Under the pieces are notes generated by a model, which was not told the origin of the DNA, ran no database searches, and worked only from the letters and a program-made list of their open reading frames with translations. A stretch of DNA of 64,000 nt from a virus (Duplodnaviria > Heunggongvirae > Uroviricota > Caudoviricetes), in IMG/VR virus record IMGVR_UViG_3300024270_000054; one strand, written 5' to 3'. Positions 26,558 to 35,245 of this stretch are shown here, piece by piece. The position numbers and the translations under genes were made by a program. The stretch's first letter is position 1. The number at the start of each line of letters is the position of its first letter.

Positions 26558-26908
26558 ATGAAAGCGGTGGTGCAAGAAGTGTTGTACGCATGTAAAAAGT
26601 GCAATTCTGAAAACATCGAAGTGAGGCAGGCCAATAAAAGGACGGGGCTGTATTGCCGTGATTGTGGAGCGTGGATTCAATGGCTTACGTATCGTGAAAC
26701 ACTTCGTATGTATGATCATATGAATAAAAAGGGGCTGCTTCCATCCGATCGGGCATTTAAAAGGGTTGGCCGATTTGGAATTCATACCATTGTAAAATGC
26801 TCTAATTGTAAATGTCAGCTTTACAATTCGGGTGCGCCAAACCCAATTGGTCAGTTCAATCTGATTGATGCTTTGTTTTGCCCGAAATGCGGATTGAAAT
26901 TTATATAA
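26558..26908 (+). CDS. zinc-ribbon protein (four CxxC pairs)
   Basis: CKKC..CRDC..CSNC..CPKC. 116 aa. Confidence 0.5.
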   Translation: MKAVVQEVLYACKKCNSENIEVRQANKRTGLYCRDCGAWIQWLTYRETLRMYDHMNKKGLLPSDRAFKRVGRFGIHTIVKCSNCKCQLYNSGAPNPIGQFNLIDALFCPKCGLKFI

Positions 26909-26950
26909 ATCATCAACAACCAAAGCAGAAAAAGTATGGAGGATATTACG

Positions 26951-27142
26951 ATGAAAGTAAAACTGAAACCCGGCGATCTCGTAACGATGAACGATAACTA
27001 CCGTGTTTTGCCCGCTAACAAGGGGAAGGTGTGGAAGGTTGTCAGCGATCCATGGATGGTCTGCGGCTCATGGGTTGTAAAACTGGAAGGAAGAACCAGC
27101 GGCTACGCTGTAGATGGTTTGGATTTGGTTGGCAGTGAATAA
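26951..27142 (+). CDS. hypothetical small protein
   Basis: Short-form motif followed by GGAGG and ATG. 63 aa. Confidence 0.45.
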   Translation: MKVKLKPGDLVTMNDNYRVLPANKGKVWKVVSDPWMVCGSWVVKLEGRTSGYAVDGLDLVGSE

Positions 27143-27164
27143 GTCTGTTCGCAAAATCGCCGCC

Positions 27165-27437
27165 ATGCATGAATTGTATGGCGAGCTGCCGGATAAGAAA
27201 TGCGCCGATTGCCAGCATTTGTGCGGGTACAGACAGAGCCGGATTTGGTATAAGTGTTTGGCATATGGCAATAGCAGTTCGGAAGCAACGGATTGGGCAA
27301 AGAGCTGGACGGCCTGCGGTCTGTATAATCGGCCGATTCCGCAAAACCAAAGGCCGATCATTGACATCCTGAAGTCCAGCTCAAAGAAGAGAGAGCAAAC
27401 GAAGATTTATGGGCAGGTGAGTTTATTTGGAGAATGA
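27165..27437 (+). CDS. hypothetical Cys-rich protein
   Basis: 90 aa. Confidence 0.4.
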   Translation: MHELYGELPDKKCADCQHLCGYRQSRIWYKCLAYGNSSSEATDWAKSWTACGLYNRPIPQNQRPIIDILKSSSKKREQTKIYGQVSLFGE

Positions 27438-27867
27438 AAAGAAACCAACTCCAACGTGCCGATATTGCGGCGCAGAAATGGAAGATGATTCCTACTGTTG
27501 GCGCTGTCCGGAATGCTACAGCAGTTCGCCTATTGTGATATGGGATGAAAGCTGTGACACCATGACCGAAGCAGATAAAAGGCAATATGCTTATGAAGCA
27601 GCCATGAAATATCCTCCACTTAAACCGATGTCGCTTGATGAAGTTAAGAAACACATCGGGGAGGAAGATCCATCTCCATTATGGATTGAAGACTGCGCGT
27701 ATCCTGAAAACAGCGGATGGGATGACAATGGCTCCGTAAAGTATTGGCTTGAAGATGATGAAAACACAGAAAAATATGGTATCGAATGGCGATGCTGGTT
27801 GTCAAAGCCAACTGAAGAAAGAATGCGGCGGTTTGAATTTGAAAAGAAAAGAGTAAGGAGATATTAA
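27427..27867 (+). CDS. hypothetical zinc-finger protein
   Basis: CRYCGAEMEDDSYCWRCPEC. 146 aa. Confidence 0.5.
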   Translation: MENEKKPTPTCRYCGAEMEDDSYCWRCPECYSSSPIVIWDESCDTMTEADKRQYAYEAAMKYPPLKPMSLDEVKKHIGEEDPSPLWIEDCAYPENSGWDDNGSVKYWLEDDENTEKYGIEWRCWLSKPTEERMRRFEFEKKRVRRY

Positions 27868-27868
27868 G

Positions 27869-28384
27869 ATGAACAAGGTTCTTATTGTTGTCGATTATCA
27901 GAACGATTTTGTGTTTGGTGCGCTTGGCAGTGCTAATGCGCAGTCGATCTATAACGGCGTAAAAGCGAAGATTGAGCAGGCGCAGAATGAAGGTACGCAT
28001 GTGATTTTCACGCTTGATACGCACGATGCGGATTACATGATGACGCAGGAGGGCAAGAAGCTTCCGGTGCAGCATTGTATTGCCGGGGCACATGGATGGA
28101 TGGTTGTCCAGAATCTGAATAACCTGAATGGAAATGCACATCAGTGCATCACAAAGCCAACTTTCGGCTATCTTGGCTGGGATCTTGGCGACTTTGATCA
28201 GATTGAAATGATTGGCGTATGCACGGACATCTGCGTTGTGTCCAATGCATTGATTCTCAAGGCGATGTACCCGGAAGTTGAGATTACTGTTGATGCTTCC
28301 TGTTGTGCTGGAACCTCTGTTGAAGCACATAATGCTGCGCTCACCGTCATGAAGTCCTGTCAGATCAATGTGATTGGAGAGTAA
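27869..28384 (+). CDS. pncA: isochorismatase-family cysteine hydrolase, nicotinamidase (PncA)-like
   Basis: N-terminal IVVDYQNDF (catalytic Asp), PVQHCIAGAHG (PncA metal-binding His region, compare Mtb PPHCVSGTPG), and catalytic Cys in IGVCTDICV. Confidence 0.75.
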   Translation: MNKVLIVVDYQNDFVFGALGSANAQSIYNGVKAKIEQAQNEGTHVIFTLDTHDADYMMTQEGKKLPVQHCIAGAHGWMVVQNLNNLNGNAHQCITKPTFGYLGWDLGDFDQIEMIGVCTDICVVSNALILKAMYPEVEITVDASCCAGTSVEAHNAALTVMKSCQINVIGE

Positions 28385-28395
28385 GGAGATTTGCC

Positions 28396-29184
28396 ATGAT
28401 TAAGTATAATGGCGAAATCGTTAAGCCCGGATATTTCCCGGATGGTACGATTCATTTTAACGCCTCATGTTCAGGCAAGTCTCATCACACAATCAAGTGG
28501 CTGTTTGAGAGCAATGAAGAGTTGTTTACGCTGATTTGCTTAACCAAGCATATCAAGGAGCGTAGTAATAAGGATATTCATTTGATTATGCCCTACGTGC
28601 CAAATGCACGTATGGATCGCATCAAGAATAGCGACGAGGTGTTCACGCTCAAATACTTTGCCGAAGTGATCAACGATCTTGGATTCAATGAAGTTGTTGT
28701 CCTTGATCCGCATTCTCATGTTTCCGAAGCGCTCATTGATCGCGCAGTTATTGTATCGGCGAGCGATCTTATTGCTCACGTAGCAAGCAGAATCGGCGCA
28801 CCGCTATTCTTCTATCCCGATGAGGGAGCAATGAAGCGATATTCGGAAGAGGTAAAGGCCAAGTATGTTTTCGGTATCAAAAAGCGCGATTGGAAAACCG
28901 GAAAGATCCTTGGGCTGGATGTCGTTGGAGATGCCGATGAGATTAGGGGAAAAGATATTCTGATTGTCGATGATATCTGTTCCCGTGGAGGAACGTTCTA
29001 TCATAGCGCAAAGAAGCTCAAAGAGCTTGGCGCAGGCAAGATTTATCTGTGCGTTACCCATTGTGAGAATACCATTCTCGATGGTGAACTTCTTGAATCT
29101 GGCCTGATTGAAAAGGTATTTACCACAGGCTCCATCTTCACCGCTTCACATCCAAAGATCGAGGTAATTCAGTATGAGATGTAA
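28396..29184 (+). CDS. ribose-phosphate pyrophosphokinase (Prs) family protein, shorter than canonical; could be a PRPP synthetase or an Adps-like ADP-ribose pyrophosphokinase
   Basis: PRPP-binding PRTase motif ILIVDDICSRGGTF. Prs-like layout. 262 aa. Confidence 0.65.
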   Translation: MIKYNGEIVKPGYFPDGTIHFNASCSGKSHHTIKWLFESNEELFTLICLTKHIKERSNKDIHLIMPYVPNARMDRIKNSDEVFTLKYFAEVINDLGFNEVVVLDPHSHVSEALIDRAVIVSASDLIAHVASRIGAPLFFYPDEGAMKRYSEEVKAKYVFGIKKRDWKTGKILGLDVVGDADEIRGKDILIVDDICSRGGTFYHSAKKLKELGAGKIYLCVTHCENTILDGELLESGLIEKVFTTGSIFTASHPKIEVIQYEM

Positions 29185-30691
29185 TACGAATCCAATGCTC
29201 CTTATCGATTTTTATAAGGCTGTCCATGCGGAAATGCTTCCCAAGGGCATTACCAAATCCGTTTCCTATTTCACGCCACGTATGAGCCGTGTGAAGATGT
29301 GGGATAGCGTTGTCATGTTTGGCTTGCAGGCGTTTATCAAGACGTATCTGATTGACTATTTCAATCAGGAATTCTTTAATAAGCCGTATGAAGAGGCTGT
29401 CGGCGAGTATAAGCGCGTTATGGACGCTGCACTTGGCAAGGGCGTTTACGGCATTGAGAAGATCGAAAAGCTTCATGCTCTTGGATATCTGCCTATCAAG
29501 ATCATTGCACTGCCGGAAGGAACCAAGGTTCCTATGCATGTGCCGATGTTCGGTATTACCAATACGCATGATGATTTTGCTTGGCTCCCGCAGGCGCTGG
29601 AAAGCCTTATTTCCGCTGAAATGTGGCATCCGATGATTGCAGCAACGGTTGGTCACACCTATCGTCAGATTGTCAATAAGTATTACGACGAGACGTGTGA
29701 CGACAATATTTCTCGTTCAAAGGCGCTTGGCGCGTTTGATTTCCGTGGAGAAGAGTGCTTACAGTCTGCTGTCAAGGCTGGCGCTGGCTGGTGCCTGTCC
29801 TTCCTCAATACTGCAACCGTGCCGACAATCCCATATCTTGAGCAGATGTATGATTGTGATTGCACAAAGGAAGCTGTTGCCTTTGGCAGTGCAAGCACGG
29901 AGCATTCTGTTATGTGTTCAAACTTTGCCGTCGATGGCGATGAAGTGACGCTGCTAAAGCGCTTGCTCACGGAGATTTATCCAAATACAAGCTTCTCCTG
30001 CGTGCTGGATAGTTACGATTACTGGAATGTCATCGACAATATCCTTCCGCAGATTAAGGAGGAGATTCTTGCACACAACGGCTGTATGCTCATGCGCGGC
30101 GATTCTGGCGATTGCGTCGAAGTTGTAACTGAGACTGTCTTTAAGCTTTGGGACATGTTTGGCGGCAAGATCAACTCCAAGGGTTATAAGGTGCTCGATC
30201 CGCATGTCAAGGCGATTTATGGGGATTCCATTACCATTCAGCGTTGCGAGAAGATTTATGAGATTCTTAAAGAGAATGGTTTTGCGGCCTGTAATGTGGC
30301 GCTCGGCGTTGGCTCGTTCTCTATGCAGTGCATCGAAGAGTATGAGTTCATCGAGGATAGGATTGAGGGTGGCGGTATGTATGCCAATGTGCTCAAGCCG
30401 TTTACGCGCGACACCTTCTCTTCCTGTATCAAGGCGACATATTGCGAGATCGACGGTAAGCCCGTCCCGATCTTCAAGAATCCCAAGGACGGCGGCTTTA
30501 AGAAGTCTCAGAAGGGATGCTGTATCGTCAGGCGCGATGAAAGCGGAAAGCTCGTCTATACAGATGGTCATACGTGGAATGAATCTTGTACGAGCACCAA
30601 TCTTCTTCGTCCGGTCTTCTGTAATGGCGGCATGCTCAGAACACAGAAGCTCAGTGAAGTGCGAGATATCCTGAATGGAGGAAATTTCTAA
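29174..30691 (+). CDS. NAMPT/NAPRT-family phosphoribosyltransferase (NadV- or Namat-like)
   Basis: N-terminal LLIDFYKAVHAEMLPKG..SVSYFTPR parallels the NAMPT pattern D.YK..H...P.....YSYFE.R. 505 aa. Start overlaps the upstream stop. Confidence 0.7.
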   Translation: MRCNTNPMLLIDFYKAVHAEMLPKGITKSVSYFTPRMSRVKMWDSVVMFGLQAFIKTYLIDYFNQEFFNKPYEEAVGEYKRVMDAALGKGVYGIEKIEKLHALGYLPIKIIALPEGTKVPMHVPMFGITNTHDDFAWLPQALESLISAEMWHPMIAATVGHTYRQIVNKYYDETCDDNISRSKALGAFDFRGEECLQSAVKAGAGWCLSFLNTATVPTIPYLEQMYDCDCTKEAVAFGSASTEHSVMCSNFAVDGDEVTLLKRLLTEIYPNTSFSCVLDSYDYWNVIDNILPQIKEEILAHNGCMLMRGDSGDCVEVVTETVFKLWDMFGGKINSKGYKVLDPHVKAIYGDSITIQRCEKIYEILKENGFAACNVALGVGSFSMQCIEEYEFIEDRIEGGGMYANVLKPFTRDTFSSCIKATYCEIDGKPVPIFKNPKDGGFKKSQKGCCIVRRDESGKLVYTDGHTWNESCTSTNLLRPVFCNGGMLRTQKLSEVRDILNGGNF

Positions 30692-31155
30692 TGATCCAGC
30701 ATGTAAAGTGCAACATTTTTGACTCTGGTGCAGACGTTGTTCTACATCAGGTCAATTGTCAGGGCGCTATGGGCAGCGGTGTTGCCCTGCAAGTTCGCAA
30801 GCGTTTCCCGCGAGTCTACTATGCCTATAAAAAGGCATGCGATGCAAAGGCTGGCGCTCGACGTGATCTGCTTGGCATCGCCCAGATCGTCATGGCTGAT
30901 TCCAATATGTTTATTGCAAACCTGTTTGCTCAGGAGAACTTTGGCTATGACGGCGCATGTTATACCGACTATGACGCTCTTCGCAAGTGTCTTGAAACTG
31001 TAAAAACCAATTGTGTTGGCAAGCGTATTGCCATTCCGTATCTGATGGGTTGTCATCGTGGAGGCGGCGATTGGTCTATCGTGTATCAGATGATCGAGGA
31101 AGTCTTCTGCGACGATTCAGATGATGTCATTGTCTGCGAATATAACGGAGGCTGA
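30691..31155 (+). CDS. macro-domain (ADP-ribose-binding/processing) protein
   Basis: NIFDSGADVVLHQVNCQGAMGSGVALQVRKRFP fits the macro-domain N-terminal signature. 154 aa. Confidence 0.65.
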   Translation: MIQHVKCNIFDSGADVVLHQVNCQGAMGSGVALQVRKRFPRVYYAYKKACDAKAGARRDLLGIAQIVMADSNMFIANLFAQENFGYDGACYTDYDALRKCLETVKTNCVGKRIAIPYLMGCHRGGGDWSIVYQMIEEVFCDDSDDVIVCEYNGG

Positions 31156-31159
31156 TAAG

Positions 31160-31957
31160 ATGGACGCTATGAAACTTAAAGACCAGTGCGTAGAATGGAT
31201 TCGCAATTGGTTTGAAGAAAACGGCAGCGGATGCAAAGCTGTAATTGGTATTTCAGGCGGCAAGGATTCCACCGTCGTTGCGGCGCTTTGTGTAGAAGCT
31301 CTTGGCCGTGATCGTGTGTTTGGTGTGCTGATGCCCAATGGTGAACAGCCGGATATCGATGATGCGGCAGATGTTGTGAACCATCTTGGTATTGATTTTG
31401 TTCAGATCAACATTGAAGATGCATGTAACGATATTGCAACCGAAATCTGTATGCCATATAGCTTATATCGTTGCCAAGCAGACTATTCTTATACGTCTGG
31501 AGCGATCAGTATGACTGAGCAGGCGATGATCAATCTTCCTCCGCGTATTCGCATGGCAACCTTGTATGCAATCAGCCAGAGCATCGGTGGTCGCGTAGCC
31601 AATACATGCAATCTTTCCGAGGATTGGATTGGTTATTCTACCCGATATGGAGATGGCGCAGGCGATTTTGCTCCGCTTGGTGGACTGACTTGCAGCGAAG
31701 TGGTACAGATTGGGCTTGCGCTTGGTTTGCCGGAAGAGATGGTCAGGAAGGTTCCCAGCGATGGTCTGTGTGGCAAGACGGACGAAGACAGCTTTGGCTT
31801 CTCTTATGCGGTTCTTGATCATTACATCAGGACGGGAGAGTGCAAAGATATTGCAATCAAGGCAAAGATTGACTATCTCCACAAAAAGAACGAGTTTAAG
31901 CTGAAGCCCATTCCGGTATTTCGCATTCCAATTGAATTCACTTTACGAAGAGGGTGA
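31160..31957 (+). CDS. nadE: NH3-dependent NAD+ synthetase (NadE)
   Basis: PP-loop ISGGKDSTVVAAL. STRYGDGAGDFAPLGGL matches NadE TKYGDGGTDINPL. The C-terminal VLDHYIRTG is conserved. Confidence 0.85.
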   Translation: MDAMKLKDQCVEWIRNWFEENGSGCKAVIGISGGKDSTVVAALCVEALGRDRVFGVLMPNGEQPDIDDAADVVNHLGIDFVQINIEDACNDIATEICMPYSLYRCQADYSYTSGAISMTEQAMINLPPRIRMATLYAISQSIGGRVANTCNLSEDWIGYSTRYGDGAGDFAPLGGLTCSEVVQIGLALGLPEEMVRKVPSDGLCGKTDEDSFGFSYAVLDHYIRTGECKDIAIKAKIDYLHKKNEFKLKPIPVFRIPIEFTLRRG

Positions 31958-31961
31958 TTAA

Positions 31962-32798
31962 ATGCCGGAAGAGCTAAGAAAAGACATGATCATTGAGTCA
32001 AGGCTGAGAGAGCACTTGAATCATTACCTGAAAACATATCCAAACGATTGGATTGGCATTTTCCTTCAGGGATCTCAGAACTACGGTCTGGATTATGAAA
32101 CCAGCGATATCGACACAAAGATCATTGTTCTTCCATCTCTTGAGGATATTGCGCTTAATAAGCAGCCAATATCGACTACGCTTGTCATGCCCAACGATGA
32201 ACATGTGGATGTCAAGGATATCCGATTGATGTTTGATTGCTTTAAGAAGCAAAACATCAACTTCCTTGAGATCCTGTTTACAAAATGGAACATCGTCAAT
32301 CCAAAGTATGACGAGCAGATGAGCGATGTGTTCATTAGACGTGAAGAGATTGCGCATTACAGCAATTATGCAGCTCTCCATTGCATGCTTGGTATGGTTA
32401 ATCAGAAACGCAGCATGCTCATGAAGCCGCATCCGTCCGCAGCGGAGGTTGTGAAGAAATATGGTTATGATGGCAAACAGCTTCATCATATGGAGCGCAT
32501 CTTGGAATTCTTCTATCGGTATACAAACGGCGTTCCGTATGAAGAGTGTTTGATCAGTCAGAACCGTGATTATCTGATTTCTCTGAAAAAGCAAGAACTT
32601 CCACTTCACGATGCGGTGCGTAGAGCAGATGAGATCGTCGATGTGATGACGGACGCTGTAGAGGCGTATAAGGTCGTCCATGATAGATACGTCAATCATG
32701 CTGTAGAAGAATTGCTGAACAAAACGCTTGTTGAAGTTATGAAGTGTGCAATTGAATCCGAGGTAAAAGATGGACTGGATGAAAGATATGAGCCCTGA
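31962..32798 (+). CDS. Pol-beta-superfamily nucleotidyltransferase-domain protein
   Basis: GSQNYGLDYETSDIDTKII matches [GS]x9-13 Dx[DE]. 278 aa. Confidence 0.5.
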   Translation: MPEELRKDMIIESRLREHLNHYLKTYPNDWIGIFLQGSQNYGLDYETSDIDTKIIVLPSLEDIALNKQPISTTLVMPNDEHVDVKDIRLMFDCFKKQNINFLEILFTKWNIVNPKYDEQMSDVFIRREEIAHYSNYAALHCMLGMVNQKRSMLMKPHPSAAEVVKKYGYDGKQLHHMERILEFFYRYTNGVPYEECLISQNRDYLISLKKQELPLHDAVRRADEIVDVMTDAVEAYKVVHDRYVNHAVEELLNKTLVEVMKCAIESEVKDGLDERYEP

Positions 32799-32973
32799 TG
32801 AATACAGGCAGAAACATAGGAGATGTTCTACGTGTAAGCATTGCTCACCATTGATCATCAATCATTACTGCAATGTAAAGGGTAAACCCATTACTTTGTA
32901 TTCTCTCACAGGCATGTTTTGCAGGTGTTACGACCCGAAGCCCTACGTTTTAATGCACAACGAAATGAGGTAA
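32770..32973 (+). CDS. small Cys-rich protein
   Basis: CSTCKHC..CNVKG...CRC. 67 aa. Confidence 0.4.
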   Translation: MDWMKDMSPDEYRQKHRRCSTCKHCSPLIINHYCNVKGKPITLYSLTGMFCRCYDPKPYVLMHNEMR

Positions 32974-32977
32974 ATCT

Positions 32978-33244
32978 ATGGAACAGACTCAAAAGAAGTA
33001 CGGCAAAGAGATGACCGGATACGGAGAAAACAAGCACGATTATATCAGTCAGGATGAAATCACGGTGACGATTACGCTGGCCGAGTATCGTGAGCTTGTT
33101 GAAAAGAACGCAACAAGGCATCAGGAGATCGAGAAGATCAATGCCAAGATGAACGAAAAGGATAGAGAGATCCAGCGTCTCAAAGATAAGATCGAGCGCA
33201 TGCTTGTGCTTGATGTGAAGACAGATGAGGAGGAACCCTTCTAA
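32978..33244 (+). CDS. hypothetical coiled-coil protein
   Basis: 88 aa. Confidence 0.5.
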   Translation: MEQTQKKYGKEMTGYGENKHDYISQDEITVTITLAEYRELVEKNATRHQEIEKINAKMNEKDREIQRLKDKIERMLVLDVKTDEEEPF

Positions 33245-33789
33245 TGGCTAATGTGAATGTTGATAATAACAAGATGTGGTTTATCGAGCCGGGTTGCGCC
33301 GTGATTTCCCATGGCAGATATGGCGATAAGGACAACAACTATTACGCGATTTCCATTCATGCGTCTCCCAAGTGCAGGAATGTTGGCGCGATTGAAGAGA
33401 TGACCGAGGAAGAGGCCAAAGAGTGCGTGCATGTAACTGGACTCGTGTTTAAGAATGCCGAACATATGCGCGGCTATCTGGAGTCTATGCAGAAGCTCTA
33501 TGATCTCATCTTGGAAGATGAGAAGACGAAGGATATGCGTCATCCGCTTTCAATCGACTTTATCCTGAATGAAGTGGATGACCTTGGAAGTCCTGTCTGG
33601 GTCGAGTTCTTCAGCGGCGCTCTTGTCCCAATGGTGATTACAAATTGTAACCACCAGTATGGCGAGCAGATTCTGGATGGCAATGTGTACAAGCTCGCAG
33701 ACTATGGCCGCACTTGGCGCGTATGGAAGGACAAGCCGACCAAGGAAGAGCGCGATGCGCACGCTTGGAGACAGAAAGCAGAATCTTGA
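33244..33789 (+). CDS. hypothetical protein
   Basis: 181 aa, coupled. Confidence 0.5.
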   Translation: MANVNVDNNKMWFIEPGCAVISHGRYGDKDNNYYAISIHASPKCRNVGAIEEMTEEEAKECVHVTGLVFKNAEHMRGYLESMQKLYDLILEDEKTKDMRHPLSIDFILNEVDDLGSPVWVEFFSGALVPMVITNCNHQYGEQILDGNVYKLADYGRTWRVWKDKPTKEERDAHAWRQKAES

Positions 33790-33877
33790 TCTGTGGAGAG
33801 CAATTTCTGCAAATCACACGAAAATACTATCATAGTGGGGTATATATCCCATAATTATATAGAAAAGAGGGATAAAT

Positions 33878-34129
33878 ATGGATCTTAAAGACACGATTGA
33901 TATGATGACCAGCGTTGACCATCAGCAGCGTTTTAAGGCAGAATACGATCAAACCAAGATCAGGCGCGATAGGCTTTATAGGATGGTTGAATCCTATGCA
34001 AGCGACGCACTTGGTTTCACGCCAAAGTGTCCGATGGAGCTGCTTATGGATCAGATCAAGGCGATGGACAAGTATCTGTTCATTTTGCTTGAACGAGCGA
34101 AGATCGAGGGAATCGATCTGACAACCTGA
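33878..34129 (+). CDS. hypothetical protein
   Basis: RBS AGAGGGATAAAT. 83 aa. Confidence 0.5.
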   Translation: MDLKDTIDMMTSVDHQQRFKAEYDQTKIRRDRLYRMVESYASDALGFTPKCPMELLMDQIKAMDKYLFILLERAKIEGIDLTT

Positions 34130-34130
34130 C

Positions 34131-34880
34131 ATGACGGATAGGGTTACATTGCATCAAGGAGACTGCCTTGAGCTGATGAAGGAGATCCCAAGTCACAGCA
34201 TCGATATGGTTTTGTGCGATCTTCCATATGGCGGAGTAACCAAGAACAAATGGGACTCCGCGCTTCCTCTGGATGAGCTGTGGAGGCAATACAAGCGAAT
34301 CATCAAGCCTAATGCTGCGATTGTGCTGTTTTCAGACGGCATGTTTGAAGCAAATCTGATGCTCTCCAATCCGAAAATGTGGCGGTACAATCTCGTTTGG
34401 GATAAGGTGCTTGTCACTGGATTTCTGAATGCAAACCGTATGCCACTCAGATCCCATGAAGAAATCTGCGTCTTCTATGATAAACAGCCAGTATATCATC
34501 CGCAGAAGACGATAGGGGAGAAGAATCATAGCAGCGGTGCAAAGAAGGATAGAGCAAACCATAATTATGGCTCATTCGATTTTGTTGATAATTCAGAATC
34601 GCTTGGCTGTATGAAGCATCCAAGAAGTATCGTTCGTTTTCAAAAGCCGCACGCTTCTAAGACGGTTCATCCAACTCAAAAACCTGTTGAGCTGTGTGAA
34701 TACCTGATCAAAACCTATACTGATGAAAACCATATCGTGCTGGATAACTGTATGGGTTCTGGCACAACGGGCATTGCCTGCGTCAATACAGGCAGGCGTT
34801 TTATCGGTATAGAAAAGGATGAAGGGTATTTCAGTATAGCAGAACGTCGAATTCGTGATGCAATTCATGACAACAAATAA
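34131..34880 (+). CDS. DNA methyltransferase (beta-class N6A/N4C; motif IV before motif I)
   Basis: CDLPYGG (DPPY-like motif IV) near the N-terminus and LDNCMGSGTTGIA (FxGxG motif I) near the C-terminus. Confidence 0.8.
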   Translation: MTDRVTLHQGDCLELMKEIPSHSIDMVLCDLPYGGVTKNKWDSALPLDELWRQYKRIIKPNAAIVLFSDGMFEANLMLSNPKMWRYNLVWDKVLVTGFLNANRMPLRSHEEICVFYDKQPVYHPQKTIGEKNHSSGAKKDRANHNYGSFDFVDNSESLGCMKHPRSIVRFQKPHASKTVHPTQKPVELCEYLIKTYTDENHIVLDNCMGSGTTGIACVNTGRRFIGIEKDEGYFSIAERRIRDAIHDNK

Positions 34881-34881
34881 T

Positions 34882-34922
34882 CCAGAAAAAGTATTGACTG
34901 AAACGTGGATTAGATGTATAAT
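34882..34922 (+). promoter_or_regulatory. promoter carrying the conserved motif (CCAGAAAAAGTA-TTGACT-17nt-TATAAT)
   Basis: TTGACT at 34894-34899 and TATAAT at 34917-34922. Confidence 0.6.
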
Positions 34923-34954
34923 AATGTCAATCAATACTTATAGGAGTGATCGGT

Positions 34955-35245
34955 ATGTTATGTAAGAAATGTTTTAAGCCGATGAAAGTGGTTGTCCAGT
35001 TTACCAAGGAAAAGGCGGTGACATTCAATCGCTGCCCGATCTGCTGGTTTGAAACGAGAAAGACACCTTTTCAATTCCCTAGTTTAAAACCAAAGCAGAC
35101 AAAGTATAAACAGAACAATGCGATTGCTCCACCGGAAAAGAAAAAGGAGCAAGGAAATGTACAACGCATACATTACAACAATCCGGGATCTAAGAAAGCA
35201 CAGCAACGCAGATCGTCTGCAGTGCGCAACAATCTTCGGAAATAA
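34955..35245 (+). CDS. small zinc-ribbon / basic protein; overlaps the start of the RNA ligase gene, so its extent is uncertain
   Basis: AGGAG RBS 8 nt before ATG 34955. CKKC...CPIC. Confidence 0.35.
   Translation: MLCKKCFKPMKVVVQFTKEKAVTFNRCPICWFETRKTPFQFPSLKPKQTKYKQNNAIAPPEKKKEQGNVQRIHYNNPGSKKAQQRRSSAVRNNLRK

Noticed and set aside
31998-32861. 287-aa minus-strand ORF
   Set aside because: Antisense to the nucleotidyltransferase-motif gene. Its I/L/F-rich composition is typical of the reverse frame of an AT-poor gene.
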